The notes below the pieces were generated by a model, which ran no database searches, had not been told where the DNA came from, and was given only the letters and a program-made list of their open reading frames with translations. Source: Desulfurococcales archaeon (GTDB lineage Archaea > Thermoproteota > Thermoprotei_A > Sulfolobales > Desulfurococcaceae). From it: a stretch of DNA of 64,000 nucleotides. This document shows, piece by piece, positions 39,640-49,846 of this stretch. Within the stretch, counting starts at the first letter, position 1; every line of letters starts with the position of its first letter. The DNA is taken from NCBI GenBank assembly GCA_027022365.1, contig JALVYU010000007.1:32001-96000 (forward strand), written 5' to 3'. The position numbers were made by a program, and so were the translations under genes.

Positions 39640-39930
39640 ATGCCGGTCAAATATGTGTGTCGTCATTGTGGGTATGTTTTGTGGGAATTTAACAAAGTAG
39701 GGCAGGACTATTTCGGCTTGCCCAGCCCTAGCGAAGTAATAAATGCGCATGGAGGTATATGCCCGAGATGCAAACATGATCTGCGTAGACCAAGTCTTAA
39801 AGACATTAAAATAAACATAGCGCGGAGAAGAAAGCCCTCAATATTAGACATTACCGTCCACAACTATACACTGGGTACTGGGCAGGAAGTCCTTCTTATA
39901 GCTCCCGATAAACCTGTTGGAATAGCTTGA
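39640..39930 (+). CDS. Small Zn-ribbon protein
   Basis: CRHC...CPRC; GGTGA SD. Confidence 0.8.
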   Translation: MPVKYVCRHCGYVLWEFNKVGQDYFGLPSPSEVINAHGGICPRCKHDLRRPSLKDIKINIARRRKPSILDITVHNYTLGTGQEVLLIAPDKPVGIA

Positions 39931-40708
39931 TAAGCCATAGATATACAGGCGTAGGGGAATATTTATACTTCCGCAACTTAACAATAACGTTTTCCCTATC
40001 TATCCCTAATAGTCTCCGGATGTATTCGCTATATTTTGAACGTATAAACAGATATGATGCTACCATTGTCAGATTATGTGGTAGCTTCCTAATTCTAGCG
40101 CTTTCCCAGTCCAGATAAACTGGTAAGTTATTTTGTGCCACAATGATGTGTCCGTACGGTCTGTTCAGCTCGGTATGATCTATTCCGAGAAGGTCGAAAA
40201 GATATGAAGCACTTAGTATTTTTGTCAGTATTTTGAACAAGTGCTTGGTATTATTTGTAGTTATGGTGTGTTCAATGAATTTTTCCAGACTAACCCCTCT
40301 AACGTACTCCATTCCTATGAAATCCTTTGACCAAAAATAAAGTATAGGTGTGTAGCCGGTTGATGATAGGTAATCTAACATAATCCCTTCATACTCGAGG
40401 CTTCTCCTCCTACTGTCAAGACGCCTTATCTTGAGAGCTACAGGTTGCCTCATATGTTCCAGACATGCTAGGACAACTATTGACGAATAACCTTTTCCGA
40501 TAATCCTCATGTTTTTCTCAATGAGTATCTCGCCATGGTTGAGAAAACCTATAACACCATGTTTTTGTATCTTGTTTATTCGCTTTACAAGTACTTCGCA
40601 TCTCTCCTCAGGATAACATAGTATTTTCTCGACATACGTGTCTGAGGGATCTACTCTATGCAATAATCCATCCAATAAGGTCTTTTCCTCACAAACGATT
40701 CTAGCCAA
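39896..40708 (-). CDS. Archaeal Ser/Thr protein kinase
   Basis: IGKGYSSIV, ALKIRR, MEYV, IDHTEL, LDWE. Confidence 0.8.
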   Translation of the reverse strand: MARIVCEEKTLLDGLLHRVDPSDTYVEKILCYPEERCEVLVKRINKIQKHGVIGFLNHGEILIEKNMRIIGKGYSSIVVLACLEHMRQPVALKIRRLDSRRRSLEYEGIMLDYLSSTGYTPILYFWSKDFIGMEYVRGVSLEKFIEHTITTNNTKHLFKILTKILSASYLFDLLGIDHTELNRPYGHIIVAQNNLPVYLDWESARIRKLPHNLTMVASYLFIRSKYSEYIRRLLGIDRENVIVKLRKYKYSPTPVYLWLIKLFQQVYREL

Positions 40709-42063
40709 TATAGTGCATCCTCCCTTAGCTCGTCAATATACTCGTCCAAAAGCTCTACTCGTGGCTGTAATCCTTTGAAATGAGGCGTAACAATATACTC
40801 CTTAGCACGTTCTACAAGTAGCTTTTTCGCATCCGAATATCTCCGCGTGGATAGGGACATTAGCTCACCCTTATCATTAATCCATGGACCAAAACTGTTT
40901 CTAGTAACATGGGATCTGATAAAGCTATGCACTCGTTTCAAACTATATGGTGATGGCCCATAGTATAATCTCGGGTATGGTTTAGAGCACTCGTCTATTT
41001 CAACAGCTATGATGGCCAGTTCTTTTTCGTCAGTCCACACATCTTGGTCGAACGGCATGAAGTCGAAGTTCTTCAGTACTTTTGACGCTCTATCAGCTAT
41101 TCTCTGAAGCTCCCCCCACAGAACATCCGGAGGCAGCTGTTCTTTAACTGGGAGAATAATAAGAATAATACATCTCCTTCTTATCTGTTCACGTAATAAA
41201 TCCTTATCAACTCCTCCCTTATCTGGCGGAAAGAAGTATTCAATCCTTGGATTCATAAGGTAGCAGTAACTAGCAATTTTCATAGTAATAACACTCTTCA
41301 GCGAAACAGCAGCGGCAACGTTCCGCCTTAGATCAACGGGATCAGGTACATACATTGGGCAGCCAGGATATCTTTTAACAAGCATAGAAAAAACATCATC
41401 GAATTCGTTGTGTCCCGATACATTTATCTTAACGGGAAGTTTCCAGTGCCTGGCCCCCCTCAATAGGTCTCTGAAGCCATCATAGGCTATTATGAGAAGC
41501 TCGCATAAGTAGCCAGAGAAGCCCCTTGTTTTTATCTCTGCACCGTATATTCCTAAGCTCTTCAAGAACTTCTTTAATAGTCTGACATGATCTTTCAGTT
41601 CATCTCTAAGGTGATCTCTAACATATTTTGTATGAAACGGCGTCCTATCAACTGCTGTCCTTATTTCTGAGGGATCATCTAGTTTGAAGGCTGGAACGAG
41701 ATCTACTTCAACACCATCAATTATAACCCTAACATAAGGGTGTTCCGCATATCTTATCGTGTATTTGTCGAGTTTCTCCGCGGCTTCAAGCAGTATTTTG
41801 AAGCCCTTTCCTTTGAGTTCATCAACACTCCAAGTCTTTGGGAAGAGAACGAAAACATCCATATCTCTTTCTCCGCTTAGCCAGGTATCATGCGCAATGC
41901 TCCCCTGCAGCGTGATCTCGGCTTCAACGCCGTATTTGTCAAGAATGGAAGAGATTGTTCTCCTAACTTTATCGAAAACTCTCCTCATCAAATCGTATTC
42001 GGACTTCTTAGGCTTAATCTGTTCTAAAACTCTTCTTTCGATACTTATTAGTGGCTCAGTCAA
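40651..42063 (-). CDS. cca: CCA-adding enzyme (class I)
   Basis: QGSIAHDTWL...DMDVF, YAEHPY, AVDRTPFH, GFSGYLCEL. Confidence 0.95.
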   Translation of the reverse strand: MTEPLISIERRVLEQIKPKKSEYDLMRRVFDKVRRTISSILDKYGVEAEITLQGSIAHDTWLSGERDMDVFVLFPKTWSVDELKGKGFKILLEAAEKLDKYTIRYAEHPYVRVIIDGVEVDLVPAFKLDDPSEIRTAVDRTPFHTKYVRDHLRDELKDHVRLLKKFLKSLGIYGAEIKTRGFSGYLCELLIIAYDGFRDLLRGARHWKLPVKINVSGHNEFDDVFSMLVKRYPGCPMYVPDPVDLRRNVAAAVSLKSVITMKIASYCYLMNPRIEYFFPPDKGGVDKDLLREQIRRRCIILIILPVKEQLPPDVLWGELQRIADRASKVLKNFDFMPFDQDVWTDEKELAIIAVEIDECSKPYPRLYYGPSPYSLKRVHSFIRSHVTRNSFGPWINDKGELMSLSTRRYSDAKKLLVERAKEYIVTPHFKGLQPRVELLDEYIDELREDALYWLESFVRKRPYWMDYCIE

Positions 42064-42629
42064 CTGGCCCGGACCTTGCAGACATTATTGTATATCGGTC
42101 CCTGAGGCGTCAATATGCTTCTCTTCAGTACTACCTCGTTTACCATGAATTCCCCGAAATCTTGATCTGCTATGGAGTCAATGATCTTAATTAATGATTG
42201 TATGTTTCTTCCGCTACGTACACGGGCAAGAGTTATGTGTGGTATGAACTTCTCCCTCTGGGGAGGAATATGTAATCTTCTCAATATCTTCTCTACATCA
42301 TCATGTAACCTTGAGAGCTCCTCTACTCCTTCATCAATTCCCGCCCATATCACGCGTGGCCTATGAATGGTCGGAAATACACCGATACCCTTAACCCGTA
42401 CCTTGAAGGGAGAGAATTTGAGTTCTTTCAAATAATCACATATCTCATAGACCAGACTTGAGGGTATCTCGCCTATGAAGCGTAAAGTTATATGCATGTT
42501 TTCGCGAGAAACAGGTTTAAGATCCGCCCTAGACTCCAATAGTAGGTCGCGTGCTCTGACGAGTTTCTCGAGAACGTCATCATTAGTAATATCGACCGCA
42601 ATAAATACTCTCATGTAATCTCTCGGCAA
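42060..42629 (-). CDS. thpR: RNA 2',3'-cyclic phosphodiesterase (2H family)
   Basis: Two HITL motifs. Confidence 0.92.
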   Translation of the reverse strand: MPRDYMRVFIAVDITNDDVLEKLVRARDLLLESRADLKPVSRENMHITLRFIGEIPSSLVYEICDYLKELKFSPFKVRVKGIGVFPTIHRPRVIWAGIDEGVEELSRLHDDVEKILRRLHIPPQREKFIPHITLARVRSGRNIQSLIKIIDSIADQDFGEFMVNEVVLKRSILTPQGPIYNNVCKVRAS

Positions 42630-42718
42630 AACCGCTCACCCTGCTCTTCACTTAAACCTTTAATACTTGTGGGAAACATTAAATTGGTTTCTCAAAAATC
42701 GTTGATTAGGGCTGTGGA

Positions 42719-43300
42719 ATGAATAGTATGTCGCGCAAAAAGCTTAGATTTCTCCTAGTTACGGGAATGCCGGGTGCTGGCAAGAGTATAGTGACCAACA
42801 TGGCTAGAGAGATAGGCATACCAACGTATTGTATGGGTGACGTTATAAGAGAGGAGACGATCAGGAAATACGGTAGTATAACGCCGGAGAACATTAGGAG
42901 CGTAGCCCAAGAACTACGCGAGAAATATGGCGATGATATTGTTGCTAGGAAGACGTTAGAGATGATTAAAGAAGAACAAGGCGTAATCGTTGTTGACGGA
43001 GTTAGGAGCCTTACGGAGGTAAACATATTCAAAACAGCCGGAGAATCAGTCGAAATAATAGCTGTTCATGCATCACCCAAGACTAGATTCAAGAGAATCA
43101 AGGAGAGACGGCGGCCTGGGGATCCGAAGACTTGGGAAGAATTCGTAAAACGTGATATGACGGAACTCGGTTTCGGAATAGGTAATGTTATTGCCTTGGC
43201 AGACTATATGATCGTAAACGAGGAGTCGATCGAGGAGACAAAGAAACAGGTGGTAAGAGTGTTAGAAAAGGTGCTCGGAGTTGATAAGGATATACGTTGA
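42719..43300 (+). CDS. P-loop nucleotide kinase (UPF0200/dephospho-CoA kinase-like)
   Basis: TGMPGAGKS, MGDVIR, DGVRS, RD..EL.FGIG. Confidence 0.8.
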   Translation: MNSMSRKKLRFLLVTGMPGAGKSIVTNMAREIGIPTYCMGDVIREETIRKYGSITPENIRSVAQELREKYGDDIVARKTLEMIKEEQGVIVVDGVRSLTEVNIFKTAGESVEIIAVHASPKTRFKRIKERRRPGDPKTWEEFVKRDMTELGFGIGNVIALADYMIVNEESIEETKKQVVRVLEKVLGVDKDIR

Positions 43301-43670
43301 GGCGCCACTCTATCCAACAGAAAACCCCGAGAAAGTCAGAAAAGCTATAAAGACATTCTACAATGGACAACTAGTCGAACGCGAAGGCCCCGGATACAAG
43401 ATAATATACGGTGAGTCTACAGAGCTTTCGTCCATTAAGCCCCTCTACGAAGCTATAAGGGCTTCACAAATTATTTCTGCAGTGAGATCATATCTTTATC
43501 GTAGGAAGCGTGGTAATAGAGTAGAGCTCTTGTTTCATAAGCAAGCCGCCTACATGGGTAAGATCTCATTGATAGATAATGAGCGTGAATCTCCTCTAGG
43601 TGCTATAAGGATAGTTATAGAAGCCGATGATATTAGGAACGTTATTGACTGGCTCGCCCCTAGGCTATAA
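43281..43670 (+). CDS. UPF0201/DUF54 RNA-binding protein
   Basis: PTENPEKV, HKQAAY, ESPLG, IDWLAP. Confidence 0.85.
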   Translation: MIRIYVEAPLYPTENPEKVRKAIKTFYNGQLVEREGPGYKIIYGESTELSSIKPLYEAIRASQIISAVRSYLYRRKRGNRVELLFHKQAAYMGKISLIDNERESPLGAIRIVIEADDIRNVIDWLAPRL

Positions 43671-44423
43671 GTATATGACCATTCTATCCTCGGCGACAAT
43701 AACGTTGCTGAATATTCTTGAGGCGTCCCTATATAGCTCTAAGGGATCATCATACCTTGCACTTATATGGGTTAGCACAAGCAGTTTTGCCTTAGCATTC
43801 ACAGCCGCCATAGCTGCATCGAGTGCTGTTGAATGGCCTTGGGCATGGGCTTCCTCGGCCATATCACTAGTGAATGTTGATTCATGAATTAATACGTCAA
43901 CATTCTTCGAGTTATCAACTATTGAATGACATGGTCTCGTATCGCCAGTATAGGTGATCCTCTTGTTGTTCTTTATAATATCAATAACATAACCGTAAGA
44001 TGATGGAATATGGTCAACTAAAAATGATGATACAGCGATCTTATCATCTCTGTAGACTGTTCCTTCATGTAATGGTTCGAAATACAGTGGAAAGTCTATG
44101 TTTAGCAGGCCTGAAGAAGCATAAGCGTTCAATATGTTTGATAGTTTCCCGGGCCCTATTATTAGGAGCTCTTTTTCTCTGCTCATTAGATGCATTGTCT
44201 GTAGGAGACCAAATATTCCGAGATAATGATCGCCGTGGAGATGGGTTACGAATATAGCCCTTATCTTGACGGGGCTCAACCCCATTTCCAACATAGTTTT
44301 TTGACATCCTTCCCCTATATCAAAGACGTATAAATTCGAATCTACTTTAATACAGATACAGGGAAGCATTCTTTTCATGGGGATCGCGGCGCCCGTTCCC
44401 AACATGAATATCTTTGTATTCAT
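43665..44423 (-). CDS. rnz: Ribonuclease Z (short form without exosite)
   Basis: LGTG..P, DIGEG, THLHGDH, GDTRP, HEST, THISARY. Confidence 0.85.
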   Translation of the reverse strand: MNTKIFMLGTGAAIPMKRMLPCICIKVDSNLYVFDIGEGCQKTMLEMGLSPVKIRAIFVTHLHGDHYLGIFGLLQTMHLMSREKELLIIGPGKLSNILNAYASSGLLNIDFPLYFEPLHEGTVYRDDKIAVSSFLVDHIPSSYGYVIDIIKNNKRITYTGDTRPCHSIVDNSKNVDVLIHESTFTSDMAEEAHAQGHSTALDAAMAAVNAKAKLLVLTHISARYDDPLELYRDASRIFSNVIVAEDRMVIYL

Positions 44424-45433
44424 GGCTTTTCAACTACATAAATCGTTCTTGTAAGCCCTCCGTGCACATACATGTATATCTTATCACGGAGTATTAGGCC
44501 GTAACTACATAGTGCTTCATCGATATTCTCATTGAAGTATGTCGGCGACATAAACACGAGATAGCCCCTCCTACGTAGCCATTCCGAGGCTTTCTCTATG
44601 AAACGCCTATATATAGAGAATGATTCTTTCCCGTGAGTACTTGCGGCTCTACCATACGGTGGATCAGTTGCTATACCATCAATATTTTGTAATTCAAGCT
44701 CTGTAGAGTCAGCTAGAAGAAGTGGTGCTGGCACATGATAGTACTTAAGGTTAGTTATACAACCATGTGAAATCTTCCAGTCAAGCTCTACACCTATACT
44801 CTTCAAACCCATATGGTGTGCTTCAAGCAGAATGCTCCCCGTCCCGGCGAACGGGTCGAGGATTGTTTCGCCTTCCTTAAGCCTCGCCAGGTTGATCAAA
44901 GCCCTAGAAAGCTTAACAGATAAGGCTATGCTTCTGAAAAACGGTCTTTTTGAAGGAGCACGATCCTCGTAGTTTTTAGCCCTATGCATGTAATTTAGAG
45001 CGACAGTTAGAACTAGATTACTCACTATATACGATAAAATTATTCGTTGGCTCCTCCTATCAAGTATGATGCCGATCTTCCTTATGATCATATTTCTCAG
45101 ATAATCTTGGCTTATATCGATAAATGATGATAACCGGATATATTTTATAGTATACCTGCCTGCTTCAATATGGTTTCGATCAATAAAAACATCCTTGGCG
45201 GGATCACTTAGATCTCCGATTGCAATTAATCTTCCAGCCTCTTTAATGTATCCAGCTCTTTCAACTACTTTCGTAAAAATACGATCATCCATATCGACTA
45301 TGCATAAGGAAGAAATGCATGATTCCGGATCGATTGCTTGTCCAGTATATGTCTCGGCGAGTGCAGATAACTCCTTAAAAGATAAAACCAGGTTAGAGGC
45401 ATCGAGTCTAAACACGTATTTCATGTTCTCCAC
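44420..45433 (-). CDS. tRNA (guanine10-N2) methyltransferase Trm11/TrmG10
   Basis: RPFF, LDPFAGTGS, TDPPYG. Confidence 0.85.
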   Translation of the reverse strand: MENMKYVFRLDASNLVLSFKELSALAETYTGQAIDPESCISSLCIVDMDDRIFTKVVERAGYIKEAGRLIAIGDLSDPAKDVFIDRNHIEAGRYTIKYIRLSSFIDISQDYLRNMIIRKIGIILDRRSQRIILSYIVSNLVLTVALNYMHRAKNYEDRAPSKRPFFRSIALSVKLSRALINLARLKEGETILDPFAGTGSILLEAHHMGLKSIGVELDWKISHGCITNLKYYHVPAPLLLADSTELELQNIDGIATDPPYGRAASTHGKESFSIYRRFIEKASEWLRRRGYLVFMSPTYFNENIDEALCSYGLILRDKIYMYVHGGLTRTIYVVEKP

Positions 45434-45446
45434 ATCTGATATCAGA

Positions 45447-46367
45447 TTAGCTGATTAAGGTATCAATAACCTCTTTAAGCCTAGGGATCACGTCCACGTA
45501 ACGGATAAAGTTATCATTAATTTTCTGAGCAAGGGTATTAGTAGCTATTATCATTTCAGCACCACTTCTTTTGATCTTATTTAGAGCGTCGCCGATTAGA
45601 AGAGCGTGTGACGCGGCAACATAGACTTTTCTAGCACCTTGTTCCAGCACTATCCTTGAGGCTTTGGCTATTGTTCCACCCGTACTGATGATATCGTCAA
45701 CTATGATCACGTCTCTGCTCTTGACGCTTAACCTCTTGGGCTTAATGGTTATCTCTCCCGTTATACGATCCCTGTGTTTCTCGAGATAATCGTATTCAAG
45801 GCCTAGCTTCTCGGCCGCGTAACGGGCTCTCCCAACAGCGCCTTTATCAGGTGCGAGGACGAGTGGATTGTTCATTAATTTAAGGGCTTCTCCTACGAGG
45901 AGATCACTAATAAGAACATTAACTGTATTACCCCTAAAATGCTCTAAAAGGTGTGGGGCATGTATATCGACAACAACTAATGTATCAGCATTTGACGATG
46001 ATAAAGATTTGATTACCGCTTCACCGCTGATGGCTTCACCGGGGAGGAACTCTTTGTCTTGTCTTGTATAGGCTAGGTATGGTACACACAATATTACCCT
46101 TTTAGGATTGTATCTCCTCACCGCATTCAGAAGAAACAATGTCTCGACAAACATATCGTTCTGACTTGGATACATTGTATTCAATAATACTGTCATTGAG
46201 CCCGAAATAATAGTTGGTTCTTCCAATCTTACATAGATCTCTCCATCGGGAAAACGCTTATACGCTAAGCCTACGTGATAGGCGCCTAACAAATCCGCTA
46301 GTTCCTTAGCTTCATCAGTATAGTTGTGGCCGCCAACAACAACTATTTTGCTTGACATATGCGACAC
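45447..46367 (-). CDS. prs: Ribose-phosphate pyrophosphokinase
   Basis: FPDGE, PYLAYTRQD, APDKG, VDDIISTGGT. Confidence 0.95.
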   Translation of the reverse strand: MSHMSSKIVVVGGHNYTDEAKELADLLGAYHVGLAYKRFPDGEIYVRLEEPTIISGSMTVLLNTMYPSQNDMFVETLFLLNAVRRYNPKRVILCVPYLAYTRQDKEFLPGEAISGEAVIKSLSSSNADTLVVVDIHAPHLLEHFRGNTVNVLISDLLVGEALKLMNNPLVLAPDKGAVGRARYAAEKLGLEYDYLEKHRDRITGEITIKPKRLSVKSRDVIIVDDIISTGGTIAKASRIVLEQGARKVYVAASHALLIGDALNKIKRSGAEMIIATNTLAQKINDNFIRYVDVIPRLKEVIDTLIS

Positions 46368-46455
46368 CCTACATTAGTGCTCGCTGAACTACATGTTTAG
46401 AGATAATAACCATGTATATCTAAAGATTTCCTAATAGAAGTGGAGGGAAAACGCC

Positions 46456-47529
46456 ATGTCTATAATTGACAGACCAGGTGCTAGGCTGGCGAGGTTTTGG
46501 GAAAGCTTGGAGGATAAAAAAGTCAGATGCAATCTTTGTCATAGGAGATGTATAATTGTCAACCACGCTTACGGAGCATGCGGTGTCAGGTATAATCATG
46601 AGGGGAAACTATACACACTTGTATACGGATTACTAACTGCAGCCAATCCTGATCCCATAGAGAAGAAACCATTAATGCATTTCAATCCAGGGGCCTATGT
46701 GTTCTCGATCTCAACGGCGGGATGTAATTTCTTCTGTAAGTTCTGCCAGAACTGGGTATTGAGTCAGACAAGAAGGGAGAGATTATTCGGTGAATTGTTC
46801 ACGCCGGAAGAAGTCGTCCACCAAGCAATAATCAATGGATGCCAGGGCATAAGCTACACATACAACGAGCCAACAATATTTTATGAGTTCATGTATGATG
46901 TTGCTCGGCTAGCGAAAAAGAAAGGATTATTCAATACCATGGTAACAAACGGGTACATGACGCCGGAAGCTATTGACGAGATAGGACCCTATATGGATGC
47001 AGCAACAGTAGATTTCAAGGGGGGAGGTAACAAGGAGTTTTACAAGAAATTCATAGGAGTCCTAGACCCAGAGCCTATATTCGAGTCGATCCTAGCCATG
47101 AAGGAGAAAGAATGGTGGATAGAAATAACAAATTTGGTTGTACCAGAGTATGGCGACAAAGAAGATGATATGCGGAGGCTTTCACGATGGATCGTTGAAA
47201 ATCTCGGCCCCGAAACCCCGTTCCACCTTCTCAGGTTTCATCCTCAATACGGGCTTTCAGACCTCTATCCCACACCTATTGAAACGCTTGAAAAGCTAGC
47301 GAAAATAGCCATGGAGGAAGGACTTAAACATGTATACTTAGGAAACGTGTGGGGGCATGAGCTCGAAAACACATACTGCCCTAATTGCGGGGCACTAGTG
47401 GTGAAACGGCGGGGCTTCTATATTCTCGAATGGAATCTAACAGAGGACTTCAGATGCAAGAAATGCGGATATAGGCTTAATTTCAGAGGACGTTTCTGGG
47501 GAACACATAAAGGGTTCTTCTTCATTTAA
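46456..47529 (+). CDS. amrS: AmmeMemoRadiSam radical SAM enzyme
   Basis: DPIEKKPL, GCNFFCKFCQNW, YTYNEP, C-terminal CPNC/CKKC. Confidence 0.9.
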   Translation: MSIIDRPGARLARFWESLEDKKVRCNLCHRRCIIVNHAYGACGVRYNHEGKLYTLVYGLLTAANPDPIEKKPLMHFNPGAYVFSISTAGCNFFCKFCQNWVLSQTRRERLFGELFTPEEVVHQAIINGCQGISYTYNEPTIFYEFMYDVARLAKKKGLFNTMVTNGYMTPEAIDEIGPYMDAATVDFKGGGNKEFYKKFIGVLDPEPIFESILAMKEKEWWIEITNLVVPEYGDKEDDMRRLSRWIVENLGPETPFHLLRFHPQYGLSDLYPTPIETLEKLAKIAMEEGLKHVYLGNVWGHELENTYCPNCGALVVKRRGFYILEWNLTEDFRCKKCGYRLNFRGRFWGTHKGFFFI

Positions 47530-47550
47530 TATCTGGTACTATATGGTTGT

Positions 47551-48348
47551 ATGGGGAAATACATGCCTTACTTCATAGTCGTACTTGGCACTGCTGGAAG
47601 CGGTAAGACAACATTGTCGGCTTCTCTCCAAGAATACCTGTCATCACATTCCCTAGATTCGAACATAGTGAATCTTGATCCTGCTGTTGAAAATCTGCCT
47701 TATAAGCCAGCCATAGATGTAAGAGAATATGTTGATGCACGTGACCTGATGAAAAAATACGGTCTAGGCCCTAACGGGGCTCTCGTCGCGGCTGCCGACA
47801 TGCTGGCTTTGAAAGCGGAAGAAATAAGCGAGGAGATATGGTCGCTTAAAACAAACTACATAATACTCGATACTCCTGGCCAGATGGAGATTTTCGCGTT
47901 CAGGGAGTCAGGCCCCATAGTTCTAAACACAATTGTTTCAACAGCGAAAGCTGTATCGCTGTTTCTAATAGACACATTATATGCTGCGAGCCCTTCTAAC
48001 TTCCTTTCAGCATTGCTGTTAGCTGCTAGTGCACAGGTTAGAATAAGTTTTCCCCAAGTTCTTGTCCTTACGAAAACCGATCTCGCCGAGGACTGGATGT
48101 TAGAAGAAATTAATAAGTATATGGAGGAACCAGAGTATCTAGCCCTTGCCGTTATGAGAGAGAAGAAGGGCAGGATCCTATGGGATGCTGAAGACGTACA
48201 GGTGATAGCAGAAAAAACGTTGACACATGATATGGTATTTGTATCATCTACCAATATGAGTGGAATTGATGATCTCTATGCTGTTATTCAGAGAGTTGTA
48301 GCTGGCGGAGAAGACTATTATACCGAGGAACCTTCACCCGTTCTCTAG
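47551..48348 (+). CDS. GPN-loop GTPase
   Basis: GTAGSGKT, NLDPA, LGPNG, DTPGQ, TKTD. Confidence 0.92.
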   Translation: MGKYMPYFIVVLGTAGSGKTTLSASLQEYLSSHSLDSNIVNLDPAVENLPYKPAIDVREYVDARDLMKKYGLGPNGALVAAADMLALKAEEISEEIWSLKTNYIILDTPGQMEIFAFRESGPIVLNTIVSTAKAVSLFLIDTLYAASPSNFLSALLLAASAQVRISFPQVLVLTKTDLAEDWMLEEINKYMEEPEYLALAVMREKKGRILWDAEDVQVIAEKTLTHDMVFVSSTNMSGIDDLYAVIQRVVAGGEDYYTEEPSPVL

Positions 48349-48457
48349 ATATTTGTTCGTATATTTTGTTAGGTTCTCCTAATACGTAATATTTTAATCT
48401 GAACATCAATGTAGAAACATCATGGATATCAATTGAATAGTTAAAGGTGATACTCTC

Positions 48458-49840
48458 TTGATCGAGAAGTTCTTCAATCCTAACAGTGTTGCCATAGTTG
48501 GTGCTTCCCCGAAGCCGGGCAAGGTTGGTAATGTCATCCTGGCAAACTTCAAGAAGAGATTCAAAGGCAGAATATATCCAGTCAATCCTAAGCATGAAGA
48601 GATTATGGGGCTTAAATGCTACCCGAGCATAAAAGATCTTCCTGAAACCCCGGATCTAGTAGTAATAGCGATACCTGCACCAAAGGTTCCACAAGTCCTA
48701 CGTGATGCTGGAGAAAAAGGAGTTAAAGCAACGATAATAATATCCGGAGGCTTCAGAGAGACAGGTACTGAAGAAGGAAAACGTCTTGAAGAAGAAATCG
48801 TAAAAATCTCGAGAAAATACGGTATAAGAATACTTGGCCCTAACTGTCTCGGAATATACGATAACTGGAGCGGCGTGGATACCTTCTTCTTACCAGACGA
48901 GAAAATGATGAGGCCACCAAAAGGTAAGATAAGCTTCATCAGCCAGAGCGGTGCATTCGCATCTGCTCTCCTCGACTGGATGGCTTACAGAAACATAGGG
49001 ATCTCTAGGGCAATAAGCTACGGTAACAAGATTGATGTCGATGATGTTGACCTTCTGGACTTTCTGGCTAATGACGATAAAACAGGCTTGATAATAATGT
49101 ATTTGGAAGGCCTAAAACCTGGCAGGGGACGATTATTCATCGAGAAAGCCAGGGAAGTGGTTCGGAAAAAACCGATCGTAATTTACAAGGCTGGTAAGAC
49201 GAGCAGGGGAAGCACTGCCGCTGCAAGCCATACAGCGGCGCTTGCCGGGAATTACTCTATTTATAAAGCAGCTATCAAACAAGCTGGATTAATAGAAGCC
49301 ATGAGCTTCGACGAGATCATGGATCTATCCAAGATCCTTCTAACACAGCCATTGATGAAAGGCAGAAAAGTATATGTCGTAACGGATGCTGGCGGTGTAG
49401 GAGTAATGCTGACAGATGCCCTCACAACAGAAGGTTTCATACTGCCTCGTTCGCCAGCTGACTTGAAAGAGGAGCTCCGTAAAGTATTGCCCCCACACTG
49501 TATTGTTGAGAACCCTATAGACTTGACTGGAGATACTGATGATGACAGATACAAGGTAGTACTTGATATATTGTTGCCAAGGGATGATGTTGATGCAGTA
49601 GTAGTGGGTGCTCTACCACAGGTTCCTGGTATAACCTCTAGGCTGGCCGACTACTTGGCTGAGGCAAGGAAATACGGTAAACCGATCATAGCGATATCGA
49701 TAGGTAGTAAAGAAGCGGAGAGATTTAAAGACTTGCTTGAAGATAAAGGGATACCAGTATTTGAATCCCCTGAGAGGGCGGCGAGAGCCCTCCGAGCACT
49801 GTATCTCTACTCCAAGATAAGAGGAGTTGCGAGGGAGTGA
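48458..49840 (+). CDS. acdA: ADP-forming acyl-CoA synthetase alpha subunit
   Basis: SVAIVGAS, GPNCLG, SQSGA, AASHT, NPIDL. Confidence 0.92.
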   Translation: MIEKFFNPNSVAIVGASPKPGKVGNVILANFKKRFKGRIYPVNPKHEEIMGLKCYPSIKDLPETPDLVVIAIPAPKVPQVLRDAGEKGVKATIIISGGFRETGTEEGKRLEEEIVKISRKYGIRILGPNCLGIYDNWSGVDTFFLPDEKMMRPPKGKISFISQSGAFASALLDWMAYRNIGISRAISYGNKIDVDDVDLLDFLANDDKTGLIIMYLEGLKPGRGRLFIEKAREVVRKKPIVIYKAGKTSRGSTAAASHTAALAGNYSIYKAAIKQAGLIEAMSFDEIMDLSKILLTQPLMKGRKVYVVTDAGGVGVMLTDALTTEGFILPRSPADLKEELRKVLPPHCIVENPIDLTGDTDDDRYKVVLDILLPRDDVDAVVVGALPQVPGITSRLADYLAEARKYGKPIIAISIGSKEAERFKDLLEDKGIPVFESPERAARALRALYLYSKIRGVARE

Positions 49841-49846
49841 TCTAAG

